64,000 nucleotides of DNA from Nitrospirota bacterium (GTDB lineage Bacteria; Nitrospirota; Thermodesulfovibrionia; Thermodesulfovibrionales; JdFR-86). The notes under the pieces are model-generated. The model did no database searches, had not been told where the DNA came from, and was given only the letters and a program-made list of their open reading frames with translations. Location of the stretch: assembly GCA_963721805.1 (NCBI GenBank), contig CAVRJY010000001.1:1376001-1440000 (forward strand), given 5' to 3'. A program made the position numbers and the translations under genes. Below, piece after piece: positions 25,866 through 35,947 of this stretch; the first letter of the stretch is position 1, and every line of letters begins with the position of its first letter.

Positions 25866-27377
25866 TTATACCTCAGAGAGAATAAGCTTTACAGCCTCAT
25901 CGAGGCTGGGCACTACATAGTCGGCGTGAGCCGATTCGGCCTGTTTTCCGGTCTGCACCAGCACAGAGCGCGCACCGACCGCGCGTGCCAGGAGCATGTC
26001 CGCGTCCTTATCCCCCACTACCCATGAGCCGCGCAGGTCGATATTGTGCTCCGCGCGGGCCTGAAGCAGCATGCCGGGCGAGGGTTTTCTGCACTCGCAG
26101 CCGTCCTCCGGCCCGTGGGGGCAATAATAAAACGCCTCGAACCCACGGTTGTCAATGAAGTGGCGGTTCACCCCGCAAGTGAATGTCTCGTCCACTAGCC
26201 CGCGCGCGATGCCGGACTGGTTCGAGACCCCGACGAGCATGTAGCCGGCCTCGCGTAGGCGGTTTAGCGATGCTACGTCGTCGAACTCTCGGAAGTCCTG
26301 CCACGAGTTCAGGAAATGAGCGTCCAGGCAAAGAGTGCCGTCGCGGTCGAAAAACACGGCCTTCCTCTCGGGCAACAGCGAACCTATCGCATTAAGCACA
26401 GCCTCCGGGCTGATGGATTCCATGCACTCGATGCGGTCTTTCGGGCAGGTGCGCTTAAAGCACGGCGCACACACCGTCTTGGTGCGCAGCACGATGTTGC
26501 CCCTGCGGTCGAGCGGGCCGGTAAGCTCGGGGTCGGTCGAGCCGAATATCCCGATAAGCGGGGTGCGCACCGCATAGCCGATGTGCATCGGGCCCGAGTC
26601 GTTCGATACGAGCACGTCGCATGCGGCTATCAGCGCCATGAGTTCGCGCACGGTAGTCATGCCCGCAAGCGGCATCAGGCGGCCGGAGGGGACCGAGGCG
26701 GAGCTTACGATCTCCGAGGCGATGGTCGCCTCCGCCGGCCCTCCGAATACCAGTACGCTTCCGCCTAGTTTATTGATAACGCCTTCGGCCACGCGGCTGA
26801 ACCTCGCGGCCGGCCAGTGCTTGGCGCTCCCGAACGCTGCGCCGGGATTGAGTCCCACGACAGGCCGGGGCAGGTGCCCGATCATCTTGATCGCGGCCTG
26901 TCGCTCATCGACAGTTAGGTCGAGCCAGGGCTCCGGTCTAAGCTCCGGGCGCTCTGACTTGATCCCCGCGACCTCGAGCATCTTCAGGTAATAGTCGATA
27001 TGGTGCATCAGGCGGTCGTCGTTGTCATATGCTACGGCCTCCGTAAGCAGCAGTCCCCGTCCGTCGCGGCCGTACCCGATGCGGTTTGGGATGCGGCTAA
27101 GCCACGCGATCAATGCCGCGCCGAACGCGTTTTGAAGCAGGATGGCATGAGTGAAATTCTTTCTTCGCAGTTCGCGGGCAGTGGCGATGATGCCTTTGTT
27201 CAGGACGATGACCTCGTCGATATAACATGCCTTCTCAAACAGCGGTGCGATCACAGGCTTGACGAGGAGCGATATCCGGGCGCCTGGATATGCACGGCGG
27301 ATCGATCGCAGCGCGGGGATGGTCATCACCGCGTCTCCGATCCAGTTTACGCCCCTTATTAATATCCGCTCGGACAT
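25866..27377 (-). CDS. waaF: Heptosyltransferase II (WaaF) fused to heptose-1,7-bisphosphate phosphatase (GmhB)
   Basis: N-terminal NWIGDAVM, NPGAAFGSAKHW, NDSGPMH; C-terminal HAD motifs FFDRDGTL, SNQSGIARG, CPH...CECRKPSPGM, VGDK..D. Confidence 0.9.
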   Translation of the reverse strand: MSERILIRGVNWIGDAVMTIPALRSIRRAYPGARISLLVKPVIAPLFEKACYIDEVIVLNKGIIATARELRRKNFTHAILLQNAFGAALIAWLSRIPNRIGYGRDGRGLLLTEAVAYDNDDRLMHHIDYYLKMLEVAGIKSERPELRPEPWLDLTVDERQAAIKMIGHLPRPVVGLNPGAAFGSAKHWPAARFSRVAEGVINKLGGSVLVFGGPAEATIASEIVSSASVPSGRLMPLAGMTTVRELMALIAACDVLVSNDSGPMHIGYAVRTPLIGIFGSTDPELTGPLDRRGNIVLRTKTVCAPCFKRTCPKDRIECMESISPEAVLNAIGSLLPERKAVFFDRDGTLCLDAHFLNSWQDFREFDDVASLNRLREAGYMLVGVSNQSGIARGLVDETFTCGVNRHFIDNRGFEAFYYCPHGPEDGCECRKPSPGMLLQARAEHNIDLRGSWVVGDKDADMLLARAVGARSVLVQTGKQAESAHADYVVPSLDEAVKLILSEV

Positions 27378-27451
27378 AGCCCCTTTTCATAAAGAGAGGG
27401 GCCATCCGGCCCCCCTCGGTAATCGCGTCATTTTATCTGGTGCGTCAAGCT

Positions 27452-28336
27452 CTACAAAAGCCCCGCGCGCTGCATGATCTCGGGAACCTTCTCCTCCATG
27501 CCTATAGCCATGATATGCACGCCGTCGCAGATGCCTTCGTCCTTGAGCTGCTTGATATGGCGGGCACAGATGTTCATGCCGGTATCGAGCGCCTTCTCCT
27601 TGCCCGCGGCCTTGACCTCCTCAATCAGCTCTTCGGGCACGCGGATGCCGGGCACGTTGTTGTTGAGGAAGCGAGCCATGCCCACGCTCTTGAGCACGAC
27701 GAAACCGGCCAGGACCTTAACGTGCGGGAATTTGCGAGCGAACTTCATGAACTCCTTGAACTTCTCGATGTCGTATATCGCCTGGGTCTGGAAGAACTTC
27801 GCCCCGGCCTTTATCTTCTTCTGGAACTTCATGAGCTGCGGCTCGAGCGGGTTGGCCTCGGGTGTGACAACGCCGCCCTGGAAAAAGTTGGTGCTGCCCT
27901 TAAGCTCGTTGCCCGAGAGGTCCCTGCCGTTGTTAAGGCCATCGACGGCCATGAGGAGCTGGACGGATTCGAGGTCATATACCGGCTTTGCGCCCTTGTG
28001 GTCACCGGCGCTTACGTGGTCGCCTGTCATGCAAAGGACGTTCTTGATCCCGAGGATGCTCGCTCCTAAAAGATCGGACTGCAACCCAATTCTGTTTCTG
28101 TCGCGGCAGGTCATCTGGAGGATCGGCTCTAAGCCTTTCTCGATGGCCTTGACGCATACCGCGGTCGAGGATATGCGCATCACGGCCGACTGGTTGTCGG
28201 TGACGTTAACGGCGTCGATCTTGCCCTTGAGGATGTCCATATGGTGGAGCATCTCGGCGATGTCGGTGCCCTTCGGGGGGCCGACCTCGGCCGTGACGAC
28301 GAACTTGCCTGAGTTAAGCGATTCTTTAAAGGTCAT
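27452..28336 (-). CDS. metF: Methylenetetrahydrofolate reductase MetF; in frame with the upstream MetV-like segment
   Basis: VTAEVGPPKG, NVTDNQ, QMTCRDRNR, TGDH, FFQTQ, GVHIM; GGAGG RBS before ATG 28336. Confidence 0.9.
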   Translation of the reverse strand: MTFKESLNSGKFVVTAEVGPPKGTDIAEMLHHMDILKGKIDAVNVTDNQSAVMRISSTAVCVKAIEKGLEPILQMTCRDRNRIGLQSDLLGASILGIKNVLCMTGDHVSAGDHKGAKPVYDLESVQLLMAVDGLNNGRDLSGNELKGSTNFFQGGVVTPEANPLEPQLMKFQKKIKAGAKFFQTQAIYDIEKFKEFMKFARKFPHVKVLAGFVVLKSVGMARFLNNNVPGIRVPEELIEEVKAAGKEKALDTGMNICARHIKQLKDEGICDGVHIMAIGMEEKVPEIMQRAGLL

Positions 28337-29009
28337 TATCTTTTTCTCCTCCCCTTCGGGCCGCGCCGAGAGCGTGCGGGGCTTCTGGCTCTGCGACCAG
28401 TCCTTGGGCTCCAATATGCGCTCCTGAAGGTCATCGAGCTGGCCGATCTTCTTCATGCGCTCGTATATGCGCACCCAGCAGCACTTGATGTCCGGGCTGA
28501 CCTCGCAGTTGCCGTCCTTGCAGCCGCCGCAGGGGCCGTTCAGGAGGCCCTTGGGGCAGTTGGTCACCGGGCATATGCCGCCGGTCTGGTCTATGATGCA
28601 CTCGCCGCAGAGCGAGCAGCGCTCGTCAAAGAGCTGAAAGCGGGTCATGTTACCCAGAAACATGCTGTCGTTCGCGGGATATACCGGCTTGTCCGGGAAC
28701 ATCTCGACCGCGGCCTGCGTGCCCGCGCCGCAGGACATCACGATCACGGCGTCGGCATCGTCGGTCTCGTTCTTGAGGTCCTTGAGTTCGACCTTTGTCC
28801 CGAGCACCTGGCAGCCGGTCTTGGCCCTGAAGGTGCCTGTCACGGTCTTGCCGCTCGCTTCGCAGTTCCTTCTTAAGCTCTGCGATCTCGGGCTCGCCCC
28901 CGGTGCCGCACAGCGATGCGCACTCGGAGCAGCCGAGCAGGAAGAACTTGTTGTAGCGCTTGACGGTCTCGTGCAGCTTCGCACGCTCCTTCTTTTTCGT
29001 GATAATCAT
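28337..29009 (-). pseudogene. metV: MetV-like Cys-rich MTHFR partner with a 1-nt frameshift near 28862 (true lesion or sequence error)
   Basis: Frame A: MIITKKK...GCSECASLCGTGGE...ELKKEL. Frame B continues EASGKTVTG...MSCGAG...CSLCGEC...GGICPVTNCPKGLLNGPCGG...CCW. Confidence 0.75.
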
Positions 29010-29018
29010 CTCTCGCTC

Positions 29019-29927
29019 CTATTTGATCCCGGCGTGCAGCTTGGCCGAGGTCACGGTGTTTTTCATGAGCATCGTTATCGTCATCGGCCCGACGCCTCCC
29101 GGCACCGGCGTTATCGCACCGGCGATCTCCTTCGCGGCGTCGAAGTCCACGTCGCCCTTGAGGATCGGGACCATCTTGCCGGTCTTCTCGCTGAGCTTCT
29201 CGCCCACGCGGTTTACGCCCACGTCGATCACGCACGCGCCGGGCTTGATCCACTCGGGCTTGACGAGGCCGGGCACGCCGGCAGCGACGATCAGGATGTC
29301 CGCGCGCTTGCAGTGCGCCTCCATGTTCTTGGTCCCGGTGTGCACGACCGTAACGGTCGAGTTCGCGCCGCGGCCCTTCTGGAGCATGATCATGGCTATC
29401 GGCTTGCCGACGATGTTCGAGCGTCCGACGACTACGACCTCCGCCCCGTCGGTATTGAACCCCGAGCGCACGATGAGCTCCTGTATCCCGGCCGGAGTGC
29501 AGGGCAGGAACCTTGCCTCGGCCCCTCCGATCATCAGGCGGCCTACGTTAACCGGGTGGAAGCAGTCGACGTCCTTGTCCGGATCAATCGCGTTTAGGAC
29601 CTTCTTGTCGTTTATGTGCTTGGGCAGCGGGAGCTGCACGAGGATGCCGTGTATCTTCGGGTCCTTGTTGTACTTGTCGACGAGCGCCAGGAGCGCCTCC
29701 TCGGTGATCTCGGCCGGCTGGTCGTCCTGCAGCGAGATGAAGCCGACCTCGTGCGCGGCCTTGTGCTTGCCGGTGACGTAGCTCACGGATGCCGGGTTCT
29801 TGCCTACGAGAATCGTCACGAGGCCCGGCGTGACTCCATGCTTTTCCTTCATCTCGGCCACTTCTTTTTTGAGCTCTTCCTTGATCTGCGCGGCAATCTC
29901 GGTGCCGCTGATAATCTTCGCTGACAT
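29019..29927 (-). CDS. folD: Methylene-THF dehydrogenase/cyclohydrolase
   Basis: GILVQLPLP, KDVD, PCTP, GRSNIVGKP, TPVPGGVGPMT. Confidence 0.97.
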   Translation of the reverse strand: MSAKIISGTEIAAQIKEELKKEVAEMKEKHGVTPGLVTILVGKNPASVSYVTGKHKAAHEVGFISLQDDQPAEITEEALLALVDKYNKDPKIHGILVQLPLPKHINDKKVLNAIDPDKDVDCFHPVNVGRLMIGGAEARFLPCTPAGIQELIVRSGFNTDGAEVVVVGRSNIVGKPIAMIMLQKGRGANSTVTVVHTGTKNMEAHCKRADILIVAAGVPGLVKPEWIKPGACVIDVGVNRVGEKLSEKTGKMVPILKGDVDFDAAKEIAGAITPVPGGVGPMTITMLMKNTVTSAKLHAGIK

Positions 29928-29951
29928 CTGCTTTTTACCCCTCCCGTTTTA

Positions 29952-30512
29952 TTAGTAGTTCTTCTTTATAAGTTCAAGCATCTCTTCGCGCGTAGAGGCC
30001 TTTGTCCGGAATATCCCACGGACGGCCGAGGTCACGGTGCGAGAGCCCGGCTTTTTGATCCCGCGCATGCTCATGCAGAGGTGGTCGGCGTCGATCACGA
30101 CCATCGCGCCCTTGGGCTTTAATTTATCCATTATCAGATCGGCAAGCTGGGTGGTCAACCGCTCCTGCACCTGGGGCCGCTTGGCGAAGTGCTCGAGCGC
30201 CTTGGCCAGCGCGCTTAGCCCGACGATCTTCCCAGATGGGATATACGCTATGTGGGCCTTGCCGATGAACGGCAGCAGGTGGTGCTCGCAGACCGAGTAA
30301 AACGGGATGTCCTTTATCAGGATCATCTCGTCGTGGCTCTCGCCCTCAATGGTTTTTAAAAGCTGGTCTTCGGGTGTATGCAGGCCGGAGAAAATCTCTC
30401 CGTACATCTCGGCTACGCGGGAGGGGGTATCCTTTATGCCAGGGCGCGTGGTGTCCTCGCCAATGCCCTCAAGGATCAGGCGCACACCCTTTTCGATCTT
30501 CTTGCGGTCCAT
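29952..30512 (-). CDS. folE: GTP cyclohydrolase I
   Basis: [34 protein letters not shown]. Confidence 0.96.
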   Translation of the reverse strand: MDRKKIEKGVRLILEGIGEDTTRPGIKDTPSRVAEMYGEIFSGLHTPEDQLLKTIEGESHDEMILIKDIPFYSVCEHHLLPFIGKAHIAYIPSGKIVGLSALAKALEHFAKRPQVQERLTTQLADLIMDKLKPKGAMVVIDADHLCMSMRGIKKPGSRTVTSAVRGIFRTKASTREEMLELIKKNY

Positions 30513-30523
30513 CGTCTCCCCTG

Positions 30524-31111
30524 CTACCGGCGTATGATTCGCTTGTCAGTCACGATGATATCCACCCTGACGTCGTGCAGGTCCATCAGGACCTCTTCGA
30601 CTAGCTGTTCCTCGAACGCCGGGGCGATCAGGACCGGGTGGCCTTCAAGCGCGTCCAACAGTTTATCATAACAGCCCATTCCATAACCAATTCTTCCCCC
30701 GTGCGGATCGAACGCAGCGCCCGGCATCAGTATGAGGCCTGCCTCGGCGGGGTCGCGGGGATCGGTGTCAGGCGGCTCGGGGATGCCCATATAGCCTTCC
30801 AGAAGCTCATCGGTCGAGCGTATCGCGTATACGGAGATGGTGCGGGACTGAGTGTTGGTGCGCGGCATCAGCACGGTCTTTCCGGCATCGAGACTCGCGC
30901 GGATAATGGCGTCGGTATTGACCTCGCTTCTGAACGAGGCGAACAGCAGGACACTGCTGGCGGCCCTGAACTCTTCCAGCGAGAGAAGTCGCTCTGTGAT
31001 CGCGGCGTCCTTCATCCGCCTTACGGGAAGGGGTATCGAGTCGCGGCGCCTGAGGGCCGCCTGTCTGAGAGCAGACTTCGGGTCAGGCGTTTTTTGGGGA
31101 TCGGTCTTCAA
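30524..31111 (-). CDS. 5-formyltetrahydrofolate cyclo-ligase
   Basis: KSALR, SEV, IPEP, PGAAFD..G.RIGYG.GCYD, HDVRVD. Confidence 0.93.
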   Translation of the reverse strand: MKTDPQKTPDPKSALRQAALRRRDSIPLPVRRMKDAAITERLLSLEEFRAASSVLLFASFRSEVNTDAIIRASLDAGKTVLMPRTNTQSRTISVYAIRSTDELLEGYMGIPEPPDTDPRDPAEAGLILMPGAAFDPHGGRIGYGMGCYDKLLDALEGHPVLIAPAFEEQLVEEVLMDLHDVRVDIIVTDKRIIRR

Positions 31112-31871
31112 TCTTGTCCTTCACCGCCCGGATGGCCTCGACCAGGGCAGGCGAGAACGCGCTTGGGGCGGCCCCTTTCATGTCGGCCTCGATGACCGCC
31201 GGGTCATAGGGCAGGGCGGCCACCAGGTCCATGTCCTCTATCGCGGCCTTTATGAACTGCACCTCGGCCTCGGAGCGGACCTTGTTGGCGATAACGTAGA
31301 CGTGTTTGACCCCCAGCGTGCGGGCCATGTCGCGCACGGTGTGCGCGGTCTGTATCGAGCGCTGTCCCGGCTCGACTACGACGATGAAGGCGTCGACCGA
31401 CTCAGAGGTGCCGCGCGTAAGGTGTTCGATGCCCGCCTCCATGTCCACTACGACGACCTCGTCGCGCTCGACAATCATATGCCGGAGCAGGCGCTTCAAT
31501 AGCACGTTCTCGGGGCAGTAGCAGCCGCTCGCCGCCTCCTTAGACCGTCCCATCACCAAAAGCGTGATGCGCTCCCCGACCTTGATGCCGAAGCCCTCGG
31601 GGATATCGTCCACACGCGGGTTAAGCCTGAATATCCCGCCCGGGGTGCCGGGCTTTGCGCCCGTGCGCTCCTCGATCAGGTCGCTGAGTTCCGCGATGGG
31701 GCGTAGCCTCGCAAGTTCCGACTTGTCCGCCCCGAGCGCACTGGCGAGGTTCGCGTCCGGGTCCGCGTCGACCGCAAGCACGCGCCTGCCCTCGGCCGCA
31801 TACACATGGCACAAGGTTGCGGCGATGGTCGTCTTTCCGACCCCGCCTTTGCCTGTAACAGCGATCTTCAT
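31083..31871 (-). CDS. cooC: CooC/AcsF-type nickel-insertion ATPase (CODH/ACS maturation)
   Basis: GKGGVGKTT, DADPDANL, GCYCPEN, DMEAGIEHL.RG. Confidence 0.92.
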   Translation of the reverse strand: MKIAVTGKGGVGKTTIAATLCHVYAAEGRRVLAVDADPDANLASALGADKSELARLRPIAELSDLIEERTGAKPGTPGGIFRLNPRVDDIPEGFGIKVGERITLLVMGRSKEAASGCYCPENVLLKRLLRHMIVERDEVVVVDMEAGIEHLTRGTSESVDAFIVVVEPGQRSIQTAHTVRDMARTLGVKHVYVIANKVRSEAEVQFIKAAIEDMDLVAALPYDPAVIEADMKGAAPSAFSPALVEAIRAVKDKIEDRSPKNA

Positions 31872-31950
31872 GGCTCATAGTAACATTTCCCCTGATGGGC
31901 TGTAAACGAATGCGGACGCGGTATTCGGCGCTGCCGTGCTATAATTGCCC

Positions 31951-33345
31951 ATGGCAATTAACCTGACATTCCACGGCGCTGCGGACATGGTTACCGGCTC
32001 CTGCCACCTGCTTAAGGCGGGGGGGCTCAAGATATTGGTCGACTGCGGGCTTTTTCAGGGCACGCACGAGATCGAGAACAAGAACTTCGACGACTTCGAG
32101 TTCGACCCCTCGGAGATAGACTTCCTGCTCCTGACCCACGGCCACCTCGACCACTGCGGCCGCATCCCGGTGCTCCACCAGAAGGGCTTTAGAGGCAAGG
32201 TCATCTGCACCTCGGCGACATACGACGTCGTGCGCATCGTGCTCCTGGACGCGGCCCGGATCCAGGAAGAGGACTTCGAGCGCTGGCAGCGCGTGAGCAA
32301 GCGCAAGGACCTGCCCCCGAGGAGGCCGCTTTATACGACCATGGATGCGCTCGATACGCTTGAGTATTTCAGCCGCGAGTTTGCGGTGTATGACAAGCCG
32401 GTGCGGTTAAACGATCAAATCAGCGTTAAATACCGTGACGCCGGACATATCCTGGGCGCGGCGTTCCTGGAGATAGAGGTCAGGGACGAGTGCCGCCTGC
32501 TGTTCTCTGGCGACCTCGGCAACTGCTGCAAGCCGATAGTGCGCGACCCGGAGCTGCCCGGCCGCGCTGACGTCGCGGTGGTCGAGACGACGTACGCCAC
32601 CCGCAACCACCGCGCTCTCAACGACTCGGTCGCCGAGCTGCGCGATATCATCAACCACACTTTCGGGCGGGGCGGCAACGTACTGATCCCGTCGTTCGCT
32701 ATCGAACGCGCGCAGGACATCCTGTATTTCCTCAGGCAGATGACGGAGGACGGCTCGATCCCGCGCTGCAGCGTGTTTCTGGATACTCCGATGGGCATAA
32801 GCTTCACGAACCTCATACGCCGCCACCCGGAATGCCTCGACGAGGAGATGCTCGCCTTCATCTCGCGCCACGAGGACCCGCTTAATTTTCCCGGCCTTCA
32901 GATGACGCGTACCACCGACGAGTCGCAGCGGATCAACCACATAAAATCGCACGCTATCATCATCGCGGGCTCGGGCATGTGCACGGGGGGCCGTATCCGC
33001 CACCACCTCAAGCACAACATCTGGCGGCCCGAGTGCTCGCTTGTATTTGTAGGCTATCAGGCGATCGGCACCCTCGGACGCCAGATCGTCGACGGGGCCG
33101 ATGAGGTGCACATATACGGAGAGCCGTTCCGCGTGAAGGCGAAGGTCCATACGGTCGGCGGTTTTTCGTCTCATGCCGACCACGACGGCCTGCTTAAATG
33201 GATAAGGGAGATCAAGGGGCTCGAAAAGCTGTTTTTGGTGCACGGCGAAAACGGCGGCCGCGATGCCTTTAAAAAAGAGTTGCTAGACGCCGGGATCGCG
33301 CGCGAGGTGATAGCGCCGCACCTCAACCAGGAATTCACGCTCTGA
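31951..33345 (+). CDS. Metallo-beta-lactamase/beta-CASP family RNA-processing hydrolase
   Basis: THGHLDHCG, AGHILG, FSGDLG, GSGMCTGGR, SSHAD, VHGE. Confidence 0.92.
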   Translation: MAINLTFHGAADMVTGSCHLLKAGGLKILVDCGLFQGTHEIENKNFDDFEFDPSEIDFLLLTHGHLDHCGRIPVLHQKGFRGKVICTSATYDVVRIVLLDAARIQEEDFERWQRVSKRKDLPPRRPLYTTMDALDTLEYFSREFAVYDKPVRLNDQISVKYRDAGHILGAAFLEIEVRDECRLLFSGDLGNCCKPIVRDPELPGRADVAVVETTYATRNHRALNDSVAELRDIINHTFGRGGNVLIPSFAIERAQDILYFLRQMTEDGSIPRCSVFLDTPMGISFTNLIRRHPECLDEEMLAFISRHEDPLNFPGLQMTRTTDESQRINHIKSHAIIIAGSGMCTGGRIRHHLKHNIWRPECSLVFVGYQAIGTLGRQIVDGADEVHIYGEPFRVKAKVHTVGGFSSHADHDGLLKWIREIKGLEKLFLVHGENGGRDAFKKELLDAGIAREVIAPHLNQEFTL

Positions 33346-33379
33346 TACTATACTTTCCTCACTCACTGGCTTCTGGGCA

Positions 33380-33443
33380 TTAGGGGGCGAAGCCCCCTAA
33401 GTGAAAGGTGCCAAGGGCACCTTGAATAGGAGCCCGTGGCACC
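33380..33443. repeat. REP-like palindromic element (two hairpins)
   Basis: TTAGGGGGC-GAA-GCCCCCTAA (33380-33400), then GGTGCCAAGGGC...GCCCGTGGCACC (33407-33443). Confidence 0.55.
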
Positions 33444-33482
33444 CCGTCGACATTTCGTTTTGGTATGGGATATAATTCTTGG

Positions 33483-35036
33483 ATGTCCAAAGCAAAGGTC
33501 CATAAAGACAACATACTCGTACTTGATTTTGGCTCACAGTACACGCAGCTCATAGCGCGCCGCATAAGGGAGCAGGACGTTTACTCGGAGATCCTGCCCT
33601 ATAACGCCCCGCTTTCGGAGATCGAGGCACACAAGCCGATGGGGATCATACTCTCGGGCGGTCCGTCGAGCGTATATGACGAGGGCGCCCCTTCGATCAG
33701 TCCCAGGATCTTCGAGATGGGCGTGCCTGTGCTCGGCATCTGCTACGGGATGCAGCTCATGTCCCATATGCTCGGCGGCAGGGTTGCGGGCTCGCAGAAG
33801 CGCGAGTACGGCCGGGCAGAGATATTCATCGACGACCCCACTGACATACTGGAAGGCGTGACCGAGCAAAGCCCTGTCTGGATGAGCCACGGCGACCGCA
33901 TCGAGGCGATGCCTCCCGGATTCAGCCATATAGCCCATACCGCGAACTCCCCGATGGCCGCGATGTCCAATCCGATGAAGCGGTTCTACGCCCTGCAGTT
34001 CCATCCCGAGGTCGTGCACACCGAGGACGGCCTGAGGATACTTCGCAACTTCGTTTTCGGCATCTGCGGATGCGAGCCGTCGTGGAAGATGAAGTCGTTC
34101 GTCGAGACCTCCATCGAAGCGGTGCGCGCCAAGGTAGGCGAAAAGAAGGTCATCTGCGCGCTGAGCGGCGGTGTGGATTCGGCCGTCGTGGCGCTCCTGA
34201 TCCACAAGGCCATAGGCGATCAGCTTACGTGCATCTTCGTCGACAACGGGCTTCTGAGGAAGAACGAGGCCGCAAAGGTCGAAGAGACCTTCGTCCACCA
34301 CTTCAAGATCAAGCTCATACACATACACGCCGAGAAGCGGTTCCTTGACAAGCTCAAGGGCGTGAGCGAGCCCGAGCAGAAGCGTAAGATCATCGGCCGC
34401 GAGTTCATCGCGGTATTCGAGGAAGAGGCGGGCAAGATCAAGGACGCTGAGTTCCTTGCGCAGGGCACGCTCTACCCGGACGTGATCGAGAGCGTCTCGT
34501 TCAAGGGGCCTTCTGCGGTCATCAAGAGCCACCACAACGTGGGCGGGCTTCCGGAGGTCATGAAGCTCAAGCTCATCGAGCCCCTGAGGGAGCTTTTTAA
34601 GGACGAAGTCCGCGCGGTCGGGCAGGAACTCGGGCTATCGGAGGAGATCTGCTGGAGGCAACCGTTCCCAGGGCCGGGGCTCGCGATACGCTGCATAGGC
34701 GAGGTCACCGAGGAGCGTCTCCGCGTGCTTCGGGAGGCCGATGCGATAGTGCTGGAGGAGATCAAGCGCGCCGGGCTATACAGGGAGATCTGGCAGGCCT
34801 TCGCGGTGCTGCTGCCGATAAAGAGCGTTGGCGTGATGGGCGACGACCGGACTTATGAGAACGTCGCGGCCATCCGCGCAGTAACGAGCAAGGACGCGAT
34901 GACCGCGGATTGGGCCCACATACCGTACGAAGTGCTCGGTATCATGTCCAACAGGATCATCAACGAGGTCAAGGGTGTAAACCGGGTAGCCTACGACATA
35001 AGTTCCAAACCCCCGAGCACAATCGAGTGGGAATGA
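33483..35036 (+). CDS. guaA: GMP synthase (glutamine-hydrolysing)
   Basis: [42 protein letters not shown]. Confidence 0.98.
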   Translation: MSKAKVHKDNILVLDFGSQYTQLIARRIREQDVYSEILPYNAPLSEIEAHKPMGIILSGGPSSVYDEGAPSISPRIFEMGVPVLGICYGMQLMSHMLGGRVAGSQKREYGRAEIFIDDPTDILEGVTEQSPVWMSHGDRIEAMPPGFSHIAHTANSPMAAMSNPMKRFYALQFHPEVVHTEDGLRILRNFVFGICGCEPSWKMKSFVETSIEAVRAKVGEKKVICALSGGVDSAVVALLIHKAIGDQLTCIFVDNGLLRKNEAAKVEETFVHHFKIKLIHIHAEKRFLDKLKGVSEPEQKRKIIGREFIAVFEEEAGKIKDAEFLAQGTLYPDVIESVSFKGPSAVIKSHHNVGGLPEVMKLKLIEPLRELFKDEVRAVGQELGLSEEICWRQPFPGPGLAIRCIGEVTEERLRVLREADAIVLEEIKRAGLYREIWQAFAVLLPIKSVGVMGDDRTYENVAAIRAVTSKDAMTADWAHIPYEVLGIMSNRIINEVKGVNRVAYDISSKPPSTIEWE

Positions 35037-35059
35037 CCCGCTCGCCGAGGTAATCGAGC

Positions 35060-35947
35060 GTGGATATACAGGGATATTTCAAAGAAAAAGGCGAAGTTAT
35101 AGCATCATTCCTCGACTGTTACTTTAAGGGTACGAGCCTCCAGTACGTCCCCCCGGAACTCCAGGAGTCAATGAGGTATTCGCTCATGGCCGGGGGCAAG
35201 CGCCTGAGGCCGATACTCGCGATGGCGTCCTGCGAGGCGGCCGGGGGCAAGCCCGAGGAGATCGTGCGAGCCGCTGCGGCCCTCGAAGTCGTGCATACCT
35301 ATTCGCTCATCCACGACGACCTGCCCGCAATGGACAACGACGATCTTCGGCGCGGCATGCCTACCAACCACAAAGTCCACGGCGAGGGCATGGCCATACT
35401 GGCCGGCGATGCGCTTCTGACCGAGGCCTTCATGATGGTGCTCGGCGCCGGCAACCTCCCTGTCGAGCGGAGGGCCGCGGCCGCGTGGGAGCTGTCTTAT
35501 GCGGCCGGACCCCGCGGAATGGTAGGCGGCCAGGCGCAGGACATCCTCAGCGAGGGCGAGGAGCCTGATCCCGAGACCTTGAGCTTCATACATGCGCACA
35601 AGACCGGGGCCCTGATCGTGGCCTCTGTGCGTATCGGGGCGATTCTGGGCGGTGCGTCCGAGGACTCCCTGATCGCGCTTACGAAATACGGCGAACGCCT
35701 GGGCCTCGCGTTTCAGATCATCGACGACATCCTCGATGTCGTGGGCGACGAGAAGACGATCGGAAAGCCGGTCGGCTCGGACGAGTCCAAGAAAAAGATG
35801 ACGTACCCGGCGGTCTACGGGCTGGAGGCATCGCGTCTGAAGGCTACCGAGTTGATCGAAGGGGCTCTGGGTGCGATCCTGGACCTCGGCCCTGAGGCGG
35901 AGCACCTGCGCGCCATCGCGCTTATAATGAAAGACAGAGACAGGTAA
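35060..35947 (+). CDS. ispA: Polyprenyl (farnesyl/geranylgeranyl) diphosphate synthase
   Basis: GGKRLRP, HDDLPAMDNDDLRRG, KTG, FQIIDDILD. Confidence 0.93.
   Translation: MDIQGYFKEKGEVIASFLDCYFKGTSLQYVPPELQESMRYSLMAGGKRLRPILAMASCEAAGGKPEEIVRAAAALEVVHTYSLIHDDLPAMDNDDLRRGMPTNHKVHGEGMAILAGDALLTEAFMMVLGAGNLPVERRAAAAWELSYAAGPRGMVGGQAQDILSEGEEPDPETLSFIHAHKTGALIVASVRIGAILGGASEDSLIALTKYGERLGLAFQIIDDILDVVGDEKTIGKPVGSDESKKKMTYPAVYGLEASRLKATELIEGALGAILDLGPEAEHLRAIALIMKDRDR

Noticed and set aside
28863..28984. N-terminus of the 510-aa ORF (MRSCTRPSS...)
   Set aside because: Out-of-frame translation caused by the metV frameshift. The real N-terminus is in the 29009 frame.
33346..33482. Purine riboswitch upstream of guaA
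   Set aside because: The hairpins lie upstream of the guaA -10 box (33471-33476), so they would not be in its transcript, and I see no purine-aptamer core.
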